A stretch of 60,159 nt of DNA, filler included, from Sanchytrium tribonematis (GCA_018985235.1; 9 parts of 9 records of this genome joined end to end with filler, not necessarily neighbours in it), one strand, 5' to 3'. Positions 1 to 12,018 are shown, counted from the whole stretch's first letter. Notes: generated by a model not told the origin, from the letters alone. Made by a program: numbers and translations.

Positions 1-2331
1 CGTGATTATGTCAGTAAAAGTAATATCACCATTTCAGGAGTATTTTACAACAAAATATCTATTTTATGCAGTGGTCCTTTACATGGTGGAGAATCAGGGC
101 TGAAAGGATTTTCACCGGAACAAAACGTTGCAACGATCGCGATCAAAGAAGCTGCCCAGGAATCAGCGGACGCCGATATGGCAATAAAGGAAGCACGCAT
201 CAAAAAGGATCGTGCGGAAAAGAAACGAAAGGAAGCTCAAAGAGCAATGCAAGTGCAGTTTGGAATTAAAATGGAGACGAACTCTTTAGATGGAATATTC
301 TCAGACAAACTTAATGAAATGGATACAAAAGTTGATCAAGTATCGAATGAAAATGTGTACGATCAGACATTCGTACCGGCAAATGGTGAAGCATCAACAG
401 GAGACGTCATTCGTGTTCTACAGGAACAAATGCGTCTACAAGACAAGGGAATGGCTAGTCTGATTACGCAAAATCAGCTATTGAGCATTCGAGAATCATT
501 GAAGAATAAGATAGATTTCAATCCTCAAGGGAAAGGAGATGAAAGCTATAAAGCAGACATTGATTTATTTATTAATCAATATGAAAAGAACATGGTACGT
601 AATAGAGTACCTAAAGCAGAATGGGCGAACTTTCTATTATCGTTTTTGCCTGATCGTGTAGCAAAGTTCTTTTGTGGACCACAGTACGATTCATACGAAC
701 GACTAGTAACAGGATTAATTATGAAATATCGAAGCAAAAGAATGTTAGCATTGGTTATTCAGCGAGTGACACAAATTGAACAATTACCGACTCAACCGGT
801 CGATGATTTTTGTAATTACGTCCGAACGCAGATTGACAAGGCGGTTTTTGTCCGGAAGTATCCTTTACCGACGGACGAACAAGTTCATCTAAGTCACTTG
901 GACATGGTATTGGACGATAGCTATATTGTTAGACGAATGTTGGATTTCTGTCATAAGCGATTGAGATCCGGTGTCAGAAACATTACTCGATTTGGAGAAG
1001 TACGATCAATCCCTGCGGCTGAACATGTATTGAAGACAGCTGAGAATGAATTAATGGACCAATTTGGAGATAATATTTATCAAGAGAAAAGATTCAAGAC
1101 TGACATGTCACCTGTACATCCTAAGGAAGAACATCGAGGTGGTAAGCCAGCTAGTGGACGCCCCAGACCGAATCCATACGTTAAAAAGTTATCAGTTGAA
1201 GACCGTGCCTATTTAAGCAAACATGGATTGTGCTTCTATTGTAAAGATCCGAATGATAAACATCGAATGAGAGATTGCCCTAAGGCTAAAGCTAATGGGA
1301 TGGAAATGAAGTCGAACGAACCAAACAATCATGTACATAACCAAGAAGTAACTTCAGTTCCTAAAACTGTCCTAGAACAATTTGGAGATGCTCGAACGAA
1401 AGTAGTTAGGGTAAAGAAGACTAAAACTGGTACGATCGAAAAGTTAATTCCAACGATCGAGGTTGAAGCTAAAGTTGCAGGATCTCTATCAAAAGTATTT
1501 ATTGATACTGGTAGTAATGTGAACTTAGTGACCACATCCTGGCTATTAGACTATCAGCCAATGATGAAAGTGCTAAAAAGCCCATGGACGGCGTTGGAAG
1601 GTTTTAAAGAAGAGATAACTGAAAGAATCCTTGGACGGGTCGAACTACAGGTTGAAATAGCTAAAGGTAGTTGTGCGACCATTCCATTTGAGATCGTTCG
1701 CAGTAGTTCTAGTCCGCTACTATTAGGTATTGGCTCACTAATTCCGCTTAAAATTGTAATTAACGGTAAACGTAATGCAGTGGAATTAGGTAGCAAAGTC
1801 ATTGAACTAGACACCCTCAAGACAAAAGACATGGAGCAGGTTCGAAAGGAATCGGCAATGGTATGTTCTGTTGCAGCTAATGATGGTGCGAAGCAACGCT
1901 ATCATGACTCCGCAATCAAGATGAGCAGTCCTACAGAGTTTAAAGGAAAGGATTTGACACAAAAATTGGTAGAGGACTTTGATCCTCAGGTTGATGTTAT
2001 TCAGAATAAAATTAGTGAATGTTATTCTGATAGCGAAACTCCATCTTCTGCTCGTGAGTTCACTCACGAACGCGAAGATATAGATGGAAAGGAGATAATT
2101 TCGGAAAAGTTTGAATCTATGCCCGAAGAGGATCTACCTGGTAACAAAGATATCATTCACTGGGATGATGTTCCGATCGATGAAAGTGCGATCGATGAGA
2201 TTATTGCGGAATTGCCGATCGGTGATCAAATCAATAAGGAAGAACGAAAAAGGCTGACTAAAATTATTCGGAAGAGAGCGAGAGCGTTTGTTGGAAGGTT
2301 AGGAATCAAGAGTACCTCCCATCCGCATTGA
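1..2331 (+). CDS. gag: Gag-protease; frame open from position 1, first ATG at 178
   Basis: Zinc knuckle CFYCKDPNDKHRMRDC; retropepsin motifs FIDTGS and LLLG. Confidence 0.9.
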   Translation, partial: RDYVSKSNITISGVFYNKISILCSGPLHGGESGLKGFSPEQNVATIAIKEAAQESADADMAIKEARIKKDRAEKKRKEAQRAMQVQFGIKMETNSLDGIFSDKLNEMDTKVDQVSNENVYDQTFVPANGEASTGDVIRVLQEQMRLQDKGMASLITQNQLLSIRESLKNKIDFNPQGKGDESYKADIDLFINQYEKNMVRNRVPKAEWANFLLSFLPDRVAKFFCGPQYDSYERLVTGLIMKYRSKRMLALVIQRVTQIEQLPTQPVDDFCNYVRTQIDKAVFVRKYPLPTDEQVHLSHLDMVLDDSYIVRRMLDFCHKRLRSGVRNITRFGEVRSIPAAEHVLKTAENELMDQFGDNIYQEKRFKTDMSPVHPKEEHRGGKPASGRPRPNPYVKKLSVEDRAYLSKHGLCFYCKDPNDKHRMRDCPKAKANGMEMKSNEPNNHVHNQEVTSVPKTVLEQFGDARTKVVRVKKTKTGTIEKLIPTIEVEAKVAGSLSKVFIDTGSNVNLVTTSWLLDYQPMMKVLKSPWTALEGFKEEITERILGRVELQVEIAKGSCATIPFEIVRSSSSPLLLGIGSLIPLKIVINGKRNAVELGSKVIELDTLKTKDMEQVRKESAMVCSVAANDGAKQRYHDSAIKMSSPTEFKGKDLTQKLVEDFDPQVDVIQNKISECYSDSETPSSAREFTHEREDIDGKEIISEKFESMPEEDLPGNKDIIHWDDVPIDESAIDEIIAELPIGDQINKEERKRLTKIIRKRARAFVGRLGIKSTSHPH

Positions 2332-3871
2332 ACTAGTAGACACAACTCCTCATAAGGAGAAGTTGCGACCCAAGAGTCATGCTAAACAAATGATAATTGA
2401 GAAGGATGTTGCTGAAATGTTAGCAGCAGATATGATTGAAGTATGTGAGACTTCTGAGTATACTCATGAGACTGTGCTCGTTAAGAAGAAAGGAACTGAC
2501 AAATGGAGATTCTGTGTCGACTTTAGACCTTTGAATCTCAAGTTAAGATTGCATAATTATCCACAAGCTGAACTAGAAGCAAATATTCTTCGTTTTGCGG
2601 GACTAAAGTATTTTTGTAAATTTGACCTGCGATCAGGATATTGGCAGCTTTATTTGGAACCAGATTGTCGACGTCTGACGGCATTTTATGCGAACGGGAA
2701 GTTGTATCAGTTTAAGATGCTTCCGTTCGGTATTGCTAATGCACCTGGATGGTTCCAACAGATTATGGATAATATGTTACAAAGGTATCCTTGGGCGAAA
2801 GCCTTTCAAGATGATGTCAGCTTTGGCGCCTCAACATTTGATGAACTAGAAGAACGATTAGATCAATTATTAGAATTATTTATAGAATATAATGTTAAAC
2901 TGAATGCTAAGAAATGTGCAATAGGATTTAGTCAAATGAATTTATTAGGACATGTGGTCGACCGAACGGGAACTCGACCAGCGGAAGATAAAGTCTATGC
3001 TTTAATTGCAGCCAAGTCACCAGCATCGAAGGATGAATTGCGCTCATTCAATGGCTGCATGCAATGGCATCAGCGGTATGTTCCAGAGTATTCTATGATA
3101 GCATCAGACATGCTCAAGATGCTCCGAAAGGGACAACATTTTGAATGGACATTGACCCATGAACAGTCCTATCGTCAGTTATTGGCGATTTTAGCCAAAC
3201 GAATGGTGCTGCACTATCCAGACCCGAACAAACCCTATCAAATTAGAACGGACGCAGCCAGTAAGTCAGGTTTAGGCGCAATTTTATTACAGGATGGACT
3301 TCCTATACATTTCTGGAGTCGGACTCTAAGTGAGCGGGAGTTAAATTGGCATGTTACCGAACTTGAGTGTCTTGCCATTGTTGAGGCCTTGAAGCGGTTC
3401 GAACGATATGTTATGGGCCAAGAGATTACCATTTTTACTGATCATTGCGCCTTAAGTTGGTTGTTAGCTGGACGGGAAGCTTTGAAAGGAAAGTTGTATC
3501 GGTGGTCTATTTATTTAAGTCAATTCAATCTCAAAATTGTTTACATTGCGGGAAATCGAAATCTTGATGCAGATTTTCTCTCACGACATCCATGTGCTGC
3601 TGATGCACAAACTATTGCTTTGTCTTTGATGACAGGAGGGGAGAGTTTATCGTCGATCGTAGAGAAGTGCATTACTTATGACAAATATGACGTCAATGAT
3701 GTCATCAAACAAACGAAAGAACGAGGAGAAGCACGTGTTATTACAGGAGTACCCCGTTCGAAACACATTCAATCGATGGGTACTACATTATCCGTACAGA
3801 TTGGAATCGGTACCCGTTCGATGGGTCTACCAGTATGCTCATTAATAGAGAGAATATTAAGGATGAGTTGA
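2303..3871 (+). CDS. pol: Reverse transcriptase and RNase H
   Basis: WRFCVDFRPLN, FDLRSGYWQ, LPFGIANAP, FQDD, LLGH; RNase H TDAA, ELE, FTDH, DADFLSR; frame open upstream of 2363 (VPPIRIELVDTTP). Confidence 0.95.
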   Translation, partial: ESRVPPIRIELVDTTPHKEKLRPKSHAKQMIIEKDVAEMLAADMIEVCETSEYTHETVLVKKKGTDKWRFCVDFRPLNLKLRLHNYPQAELEANILRFAGLKYFCKFDLRSGYWQLYLEPDCRRLTAFYANGKLYQFKMLPFGIANAPGWFQQIMDNMLQRYPWAKAFQDDVSFGASTFDELEERLDQLLELFIEYNVKLNAKKCAIGFSQMNLLGHVVDRTGTRPAEDKVYALIAAKSPASKDELRSFNGCMQWHQRYVPEYSMIASDMLKMLRKGQHFEWTLTHEQSYRQLLAILAKRMVLHYPDPNKPYQIRTDAASKSGLGAILLQDGLPIHFWSRTLSERELNWHVTELECLAIVEALKRFERYVMGQEITIFTDHCALSWLLAGREALKGKLYRWSIYLSQFNLKIVYIAGNRNLDADFLSRHPCAADAQTIALSLMTGGESLSSIVEKCITYDKYDVNDVIKQTKERGEARVITGVPRSKHIQSMGTTLSVQIGIGTRSMGLPVCSLIERILRMS

Positions 3872-6663
3872 CAAGTTACTTTCCATCTAATGCACCTAAC
3901 GACCAACTATCGAAAGATAATAAGAAAATCAGTTACCACAAAGAAATGTGGAAGAACACCGTCCTCGAATTTGGACAGGCTTATGATAATTTGGTGATTG
4001 TAGCACCGATCGGACATCTGAGTGAGAATCCGAACTTACCTTCGAGATTCATCAACCAATCGGACCAGATCGCATTCATTGTTCTGGAGTGGGTTGTCCC
4101 AATCGGTGACAATATTAAAGCCAAATCGGAAAAGATGGCTCAACTAATCGCTCTTTACCAATTAATGAGCGGAAATGACAACCGGGACTTGGAGGAAGAT
4201 CTAAAAAGTTCTGTGGCCCATCAACGTGATGGTAGCGATAGCAAGGAAGCTATTCTACCTTTAAGATTATTAAGAACAATTGACGGGCTAGTCAGTAAGA
4301 TTGGCGGCAACGTGCGACCGACCATTCGTTATATGGATAGGGAGGATTTTGTTGAGGGTCACCATGACGCATGGAATCTGGTGAAGACGTTTAGGGACTC
4401 TGAGGATCCACCGAAGTCGAAGTGGTTTTCGAGTGATCTCATTTGGGAGTGCATTCCGAAAGAAGTTAGTCGCGGAACCAACGACATGTACAGGTCGTTG
4501 GTAAGACAGTTAGAAGAGGAAGGGTACATGTTTGCGTATTCGTTTAGGAACACTGCTTTGTTTGGAGGTATCCCGTGTGCTTTCTACACAGGATTGTTGG
4601 AGTTTCCATCTCTTAAACCGATCCAGATGCGAATCGAAAATGAGGCTGGCACTACTTGGATAATTCCTGATTTTGGTGATAAAAAACCTCCGTCTGGCCA
4701 TGTCGTCAAGAGAAATTGGCATACCGGAGTAGACGATCGAGTTTACAAATATGTAGCTGAACCAAAAGAGAAGCAGTTGAGATTGTATAAGGATAGCTGG
4801 AAAGAGTTTTGGAAACAGCAAACCATGAATGGACATTCTCCCAATCTCTTCTATCAACCAGCGAACGAGATAAGAATTGAGGAGGAATGTACAGTAGTGA
4901 ACTTGGATGATAGATCGAAGAAACCGATCGCAAAAGCTATTCTACGATCGGGAAATGACACTGAAAGAAATGAACAAATAACTGAGCGATCGATGGAAGC
5001 TGTAGAAGATGTTGTGATGACAGATGCGGATGCAAACTTATCCCAAGTAGAAGTGAATGAGCTAAATGAGATGGCCGATCGAGAGAATATCGATAGAGCA
5101 GTGGCAATTGACGTGGAACTGCCACCAGTTGATGAACAAGTTGCCATTGGGAGTAGATCTGAGTCGGAAGTTCTAGGTCCTGGGCCAGCTGACGACCTGG
5201 TATTATCCGAGATTTCAGTGCAGCCCACTAAAATGGTTTTACCTGGGATCTCACAGGAACAGTTTGAGAAGATTCAAGCTCTCGATCGAACGGTAAGAGA
5301 CTCTTTTGATTATCTGGAGGGACTGGGTGATGATCAGGTGGAACTGATTGGTCATATCCAATGTTATAAAGACAGAATTATCATGCCCATGAGTTTAGTA
5401 GAAACAGCTCTAAGATTTTCTCATAATGATCGAGCGCATTGTAGCTCTCAAGAGGTAAAGAGAAACTTGCAAGGATTTATTTGGAAAGGCATGGATAAGG
5501 ATATCGAAGCATATGTTCGCACGTGTTTTTGGTGCAACTGCTATAGATTGAAGAATTTGAGTACGCAGTTCTACGTAAGAGTGGATCCGGAACATCCATT
5601 CGATGTATGTTCAATTGACACGTTATTTATTATTCCTGAAGAAGCAAACGATGGGAGTGTGATCAAGAAAATACTTACCTTTTGTGATGTCTTGACTGGT
5701 TACGTGCGATTAATGCCTCTCGAAGATGAACGAACGGAAACGGTGTTGAATGCTATTAAAGATATTGTAAAGTGTTCAGTGGTTCCAAAGAAAATTCTTG
5801 CTGACAATGCAAAGTACTTCCAGTCGTTAGAACCGCTAGCCAGAGAATGGAGTGCTAATGGACAAAATACAGAATTTCATTTTACTTTACCATATCTGCA
5901 TCACAGTAATCCGTCCGAGAGAGCGAATAAGGAAATATTGAAGATATTGCGATTAGAATGTAAATATACGTTTGATGGATTTCATAGCCAAACCAGTTGG
6001 CTAAAGGCTGTACAAAAGGCAGAACATGAGTTAAACCATCGATCGATTGGGAATACTGGATTTTCACCTGTAGACATGCAGTTTCATTCGGCCGCCGCAT
6101 TTAACAAGTTGAAGAATGGTTTTAATCTAGGTCTATCAAAAAGAGAGTTGCATAACATAAATGAACGATGGAAAACTCATTATGAGGTAGTCCAGCAAGT
6201 AAGACATAAGAAATTTGTCGACCGTGTGGTAGCTGCCTCTAGATCAAAGGTAAAAGGGGACAAGCGTTATTCTGAGTCGTTAGTAGGTGAATATGTGGTA
6301 GTTTGCCAAGATCTACCGTTGAAAACAAAAATGGGAACTGTTGCAGAAGGGCCATTTGAAGTTATGGAAAAGAATGGACCCTATCTGCATTTGAAAAGTG
6401 TAGCAAATGCTGCTGACACAAGGATTGTGAGCGAACGACAAGTTCGACCGGTGTCCTTGATGGAGTATGACCTCGGTAGAGACTTGCTAAAAGAAGAGGC
6501 AAGTCCGCAAGTAAAACAAGTACGGTTAAGATTAAGTTCCAAGGCAGAACGAAGCTTGGAACTGGAGGGGGTGTTGGGAAATCGCAGTGATCTGCTGTTA
6601 GACACATGTGTGGTAAGAAAGGTTGTCTGCGATCGTCATCTAGACGATCTCTCTGTGACCAAC
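3835..6663 (+). CDS. Unknown inserted domain followed by integrase; 3' truncated
   Basis: HHCC finger (SHNDRAH...CFWC); DDE core (SIDTL, ADNA, SERANK); GPF variant of the GPY/F motif. Confidence 0.85.
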
Positions 6664-6763
6664 NNNNNNNNNNNNNNNNNNNNNNNNNNNNNNNNNNNNN
6701 NNNNNNNTTAATTAATTAANNNNNNNNNNNNNNNNNNNNNNNNNNNNNNNNNNNNNNNNNNNN
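6664..6763. other. Artificial contig spacer; repeated at 13420-13519, 20152-20251, 26850-26949, 33537-33636, 40214-40313, 46870-46969 and 53521-53620
   Basis: Same 100-nt layout eight times: N-run, TTAATTAATTAA (stops in all six frames), N-run. Confidence 0.98.
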
Positions 6764-7139
6764 TAATATTGGCAGCATTATTCAAGTACTACTTTTTCAG
6801 GTTTAAGAACAGTTTCGCTGATCTATTTTGGCTAATCTTCTACACAAGACTATCACTAATTTACCAACAATCTTTTTAAAAATATAATCGCAATTGTTAG
6901 CCACTTCTGCTTTTAGTTCAACTTGAAGTATTAAAAGCCTCTTGTACCCCGTCTTACCAAATGTCTATCTAATTGATACTTTTGTAATCTGGAAGTAGTT
7001 TGCTAAATATCTAAGGATGTCTTGCGCATTCTCAAATTACATGTGGTGCGACGAATAAACACACCTGATGGCGATGCCGCAAAACGAACTGTTTTATTAG
7101 CCCCTTTGCCCTTTATAAAGCCATTGACGCCCATTTGCA

Positions 7140-8156
7140 ATGATTTTCGCTGGAATACTATACGCAGCTAATTACACTCCAGTAAGAAATGACGGTCAAT
7201 GTGGGGCTGGTTTCCAATTTGCAGTTTGTATTACAGGAGCTTGTTGCTCAACAAGCGGTTGGTGTGGCACCTCTGATGCTCATTGCAAAACATCTTGCCA
7301 ATATCAATGTGATGGTAAACCACCGAGTGGAAACACTGCAACACCAACACCTGTTCGAAGCGATGGCAGATGTGGAGCGGGATTCGGAAACGCGATTTGC
7401 GGAGATGGAAATTGTTGTTCTACTAGTGGTTGGTGTGGAACGTCCGACTTACATTGCAAAACCCAATGTGCTTCACAATGCACATTTATTGCACCAACTT
7501 CGCCAGAATGCGCAGCTGTTGTTAACTTGGCTATGGGACTACAAATGAATATTGTGCATCCAGATAAATTTGCAAAGGTCAAATCGAATTGCTGCACTGC
7601 AAGTGATGTTGGTTTAGGAACTACTTGCACAGACGGACATGTAAAAACCATTGATTGGAGTTCTTTGGGTTTAACAGGAACTGTTAAAGGTGAATACCTA
7701 CCTCCCCAATTGACCTTTCTGTCACTCTATCAAAACAAAATAACTGGCAGTATTCCAACTAGCTTGCCTGCGACATTGACGTATTTACAACTCAACAGTA
7801 ATATGTTGACTGGCACATTACCCACAAAGATTCCTCCCGGACTTCAATTTCTAGCTTTAAATGAAAACAAAATGACTGGTGTACTACCAGATTTCCCCGA
7901 CTCATTGGTTCATCTGAGCATTAGTTTTCCAAGTGCATTAGGAAATCAATTTACGGGAACCTTGAAGTTGAATAAGCCGCAATTTATTTACATTGCTAGT
8001 AACAAGATTCAAGACATTATTGTTAAAGATTCAAGTGCAATCGTGGACTGTGATATTTCCAACAACCCATTATTACGAAATCCTCTGTTTGGGAATCCAC
8101 ATTTGGGAAATCTACAGGCATGTAAGCAAACTGGTTTGACTTATGGCCCTATTTGA
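7140..8156 (+). CDS. Secreted protein with two hevein/CBM18 chitin-binding domains and an LRR domain
   Basis: Two CG...CCSTSGWCGTSDxHC...CQ repeats; Cys cap; repeats such as LSLYQNKITGSIP. Confidence 0.9.
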   Translation: MIFAGILYAANYTPVRNDGQCGAGFQFAVCITGACCSTSGWCGTSDAHCKTSCQYQCDGKPPSGNTATPTPVRSDGRCGAGFGNAICGDGNCCSTSGWCGTSDLHCKTQCASQCTFIAPTSPECAAVVNLAMGLQMNIVHPDKFAKVKSNCCTASDVGLGTTCTDGHVKTIDWSSLGLTGTVKGEYLPPQLTFLSLYQNKITGSIPTSLPATLTYLQLNSNMLTGTLPTKIPPGLQFLALNENKMTGVLPDFPDSLVHLSISFPSALGNQFTGTLKLNKPQFIYIASNKIQDIIVKDSSAIVDCDISNNPLLRNPLFGNPHLGNLQACKQTGLTYGPI

Positions 8157-8558
8157 TTCAATAAATATACTATCATCTACTATTATAGAGTTAGCTTTCA
8201 ATGAAGTAACATAAAGCCTTAAATTCTTAACAAATTTGTCCTCTAAGCTTCTCCCTGAAATCGAGATTTGTACAAATGGAGCTACAACTTCTCAAACAAT
8301 CCATACGTAACAAACATAGTGCATATATTTGTCTAATGGAAATGTAGTCATGCAAAAGCGTAGTGTCATAATCAGAATTCAACAAATCTGAGAATTTAAT
8401 TTCATACCTTAACAGCAGTTATACGTTTTTCTGTAAGATTGGATGTTCATAATTATTGCCAAATATCAACCTATAAAAAATCCAGTGTATACTTTAAATT
8501 TCAAAAAAACTGGTTTCAAATCGCCATTACGTGCATATTGTGAAACACCTTTTTAAAG

Positions 8559-11500
8559 ATGTCTCTTTCTCATCTTTATAAACTAAATTTGATAGAACAA
8601 CCGGAAGGATTTAGGCCTTTGAAATTTTTCAATTACGAAGTGAGGCATGCCAGTTTGAAGGATCTTTTGAAAGCCTTGACTGCTGATCCTAATTTTCACT
8701 ACCAATACAAAGCAGGCCAACTTCGTCAGTTAGAGTATTTATGTCATACCATGAGCGAGTCTTTTTATTTGGACATTAAAGACTTTGAAATGACAAGAAA
8801 CACTACCAAAATTTGGATCTCTTGGTTTATTTCAAAAACAGATTTACCACCTTGTTTAAAACCTGCTATGAATAGAGTTCGCCCGGAATTATTGGAATCT
8901 GGTAGTGATTTATCAAGTGAACCAAATATTAGCTCGCCTTTAAATGTGTTTAAGAAAGGTGGGACTGATGCAGAGCACGCTTTGAGAATTGTAAATCAAA
9001 TTTTGTTGCACTTTTCTAGTGTTTTTGAATTAGATGAACCATATGACGATGTTTCTAATACATTTCTGGAACAATACCAATTGCTCTTGACAACTATTAT
9101 CGGATTTTACGTTCAATTTAGTAGAACTTGGTCGTTTAAAATGGCTGCTCCTCGAAATCCACCCAGAGATGCCTTAGACATGAGTTCTAGTCGACTTTTA
9201 TTTAAAATTTGCATTGGGTTGGTTGATTATTGTTTGCATAAAAACAAACCAAAGGATGCTCATTACCAAATGTGGCAAAAGATTCTGCATAAATCATGCG
9301 CTGCTTTATTAAGTGTCATTTTCAGTGCCAAAGATCTTAGTGACGAGTCTTGGGATGAGCTGCATGTCTACTTTAGAGATTGGTTGAATTATGGAAATAT
9401 TGCAAAGGTGTGGAGTGCTGTCATTAATTCATTGAGTGAGCATATTCAATTTTTAAGTGAAAAACAAAGTAACAAATTGATGGACATTGTTAAAATCAAT
9501 TTGCCAGGTAACGAGTCTCTTGGAGTGTCTTTAACAGAAGAAGAATTTTTTGACTTTTGGAAACGATTTATTTCTCTTGGAAATACCATTTTGGTGCCTT
9601 CTTTGTTGAATGATCTAAATCCAGAATCTTTCCATATTATCTATCAAGGACTTAACAACTTGGTTTCAAAATTGATTGATTTTGAGAACAACAATCTTTT
9701 ATTGAAAAAAGACCAAGTCATTATCAGCGGAAATTCACTTTTAAAACTGTTTGGTGGTTGGTTAATGACTGGTGCTTGTTTTGAAGATATCAAGGATATT
9801 TTACATTTCAAAGGACGTGCAGAAGCCTTGAGTGCTTTATGTAGAATTTTCATCAATGACATTTATGAAGGATTTCAAAGAAGTAAGAACTACCAGTATC
9901 ATGGTAGCTTCGACGAGGAAGAAACAGCATGCATTTTAGCCATCATTGAAAAGGTAGATTTTATTTATTTAGAGACTGACCTCTGATTTTTTTGCCTCTT
10001 CAAAATTATTATTCCATTGTCCCTCATTGATGCAACTTGAGCTTACTGGTATTGAGTATCTCTTACCAAATATTTTACAAAGTTGTGGTGGATTTGTTCC
10101 AGAAATTGATGGTGCTGATAATTTATCTTTGGAAGAGAAAAATGCTGTTCAGTTGGCTGCTATTGAAAATTTGAGATACTTGGTTCCTTATGGGTACAAG
10201 TATAAACATTTGTTGAATATTTCAAAAACCAAGATGCATTTGCCTGATGTCAAGAGACTATTAAATACAAAATTGGAAAAATCATTTAAATCTTCTGAGG
10301 GTTTAACCAGTGATTACTTTGGAGATTTATTTCGTGTCTTACATTTATGTGTTTTAGCAGATTTGAATGTGGAAGAAGATGATTTTGTTTCTCTCATTAA
10401 TTCCATTACAATTTTCTGCATTGAAAATCACGATGTGTTGCCTCAAATCGCATTAATCGCAGCATCGAGCTTACTCGACAAAATTCAAGCTTTAACTTGG
10501 TCAGCATCTTTAATGTACACCAGTTTTATGGCAATTAATTCTTTGCTGTCTGTTATGAATCCAAAATATCCACCAATGATTACTGAGAAATGTTTGGAAA
10601 TTTTGCCATCTTTAATTCCAAAATACAAAGAATACAAACAAGTCATTTTCGCGTGCATTTACACCATCAGAAAATCATTTTATTACCACGATTCTATTGA
10701 CTCTAAACAAGCGAATATTTTATTTCAAATGTATAATCAATATCATGAGCAAGTGCTTCAAATGCAACTAACTTGGGATAAATTGACTGATGCTGAACGT
10801 GATTTCAAGCCATATTTGCAATTTATCACTGAGAATTTGTTTGTGATTCACAAGCAGCTTTACACTTTAAATTACTTTGATTTTGGACATGTTGATCCAG
10901 AATTGCCTGATATTCAAGATGAAGAAACCTTATTGCAAATGAACAAAGTATGGCACAAGGCTCGACAAGTTTACCAAATGAAGAAGAAGTTATTAAACAC
11001 ACCATCCACGCCCTTATTTCAAGAATTACAAGCAGATGAGGATTTACCACAACCAACTGCCAGTGTACATCCTGTCAAGTTGTATCATTCCAAAGATACT
11101 TTATTTACAATTGAGAAAATCAGCGCTAAAATGTCAAAATTGACAGTCAGAAATCGTGATGGATTATTTCAATTCCAAATTACAGAGACTGGTCAATTAT
11201 TGCCTAAATTACACAATGAAGATTATTCAAAAGAATGTAGAGCCCCGCTGACTCATTTCAATTTGTTTGATTTGGAAAAACCAATTTTAAAACCAGTCCA
11301 TGTAAATGCTGGATTTATTGAAGAACTCCGAAACATTGATTTGACTTATAAATTACAAACTGTGAACGTATTTGTTATGAATGTACATGACGGTAATAAG
11401 AAACTAAATCGACAATTTATTAAAAGTATTGGAGATGTAGATGATGCAGATGGTGATTTTATATTAAGTTGTGCTGAAGATGAGCAATATCGGTTTTATT

Positions 11501-12018
11501 TCTACAACCAGTTGTGTCAAACGGACTTGACAGAATTCACAAATATTAATTTGGATGGTTACGAAACTTTAGACAAGGTGAATGCATTTGTATATTTTGA
11601 ATCTTATTATTCAAATACGAGCACAGATGAGTTGCTCAATCACTTGGTTGATGTATCCACAAACAAGGAAGTTTCTACTGTCATTATTTGCAAACAATTA
11701 AAAACAAGAGGACTCGTTCAATGTCATGTTTACAGAAAGAGTGTTGTCAAGAAATTAAATCAGGTCAAAGATTTGAAAGAAGAAACAGCCACAAATGTAT
11801 TATACAAACAAGTTTACAACAGTGCGCCATTATATCACAATTGTATTGCAAATGTGCATCAATTGGGCACTTTGTTGAAAAATACATTGGCCATGTTTGA
11901 ATTAATGGATAAGAATAATTTGGATACAGACAGATTTAAATTGATTAAAAGTGTTGCTGCTAGATATACTTTGGATGTTGAAGGTCCACTTCAAGTTGCA
12001 GAATTATTGCTTTGCTAA
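8559..12018 (+). CDS. RalGAP beta-subunit-like protein; exons 8559-9953 and 9973-12018
   Basis: NSLLKLFGGWL...GRAEALSALCRIF resembles RALGAPB; removing a 19-nt GT-AG intron joins the two ORFs in frame. Confidence 0.7.

Larger units (their letters stand above)
1..6663 (+). mobile_element. Ty3/Gypsy LTR retrotransposon, internal region; both ends cut by contig edges, no LTRs visible
   Basis: Domain order gag zinc knuckle - protease - RT - RNase H - integrase, typical of Ty3/Gypsy; coding region split by two frameshifts. Confidence 0.95.

Noticed and set aside
6595..6663. Chromodomain at the integrase C-terminus
   Set aside because: VVRKVVCDR is only suggestive and the contig ends before any diagnostic residues
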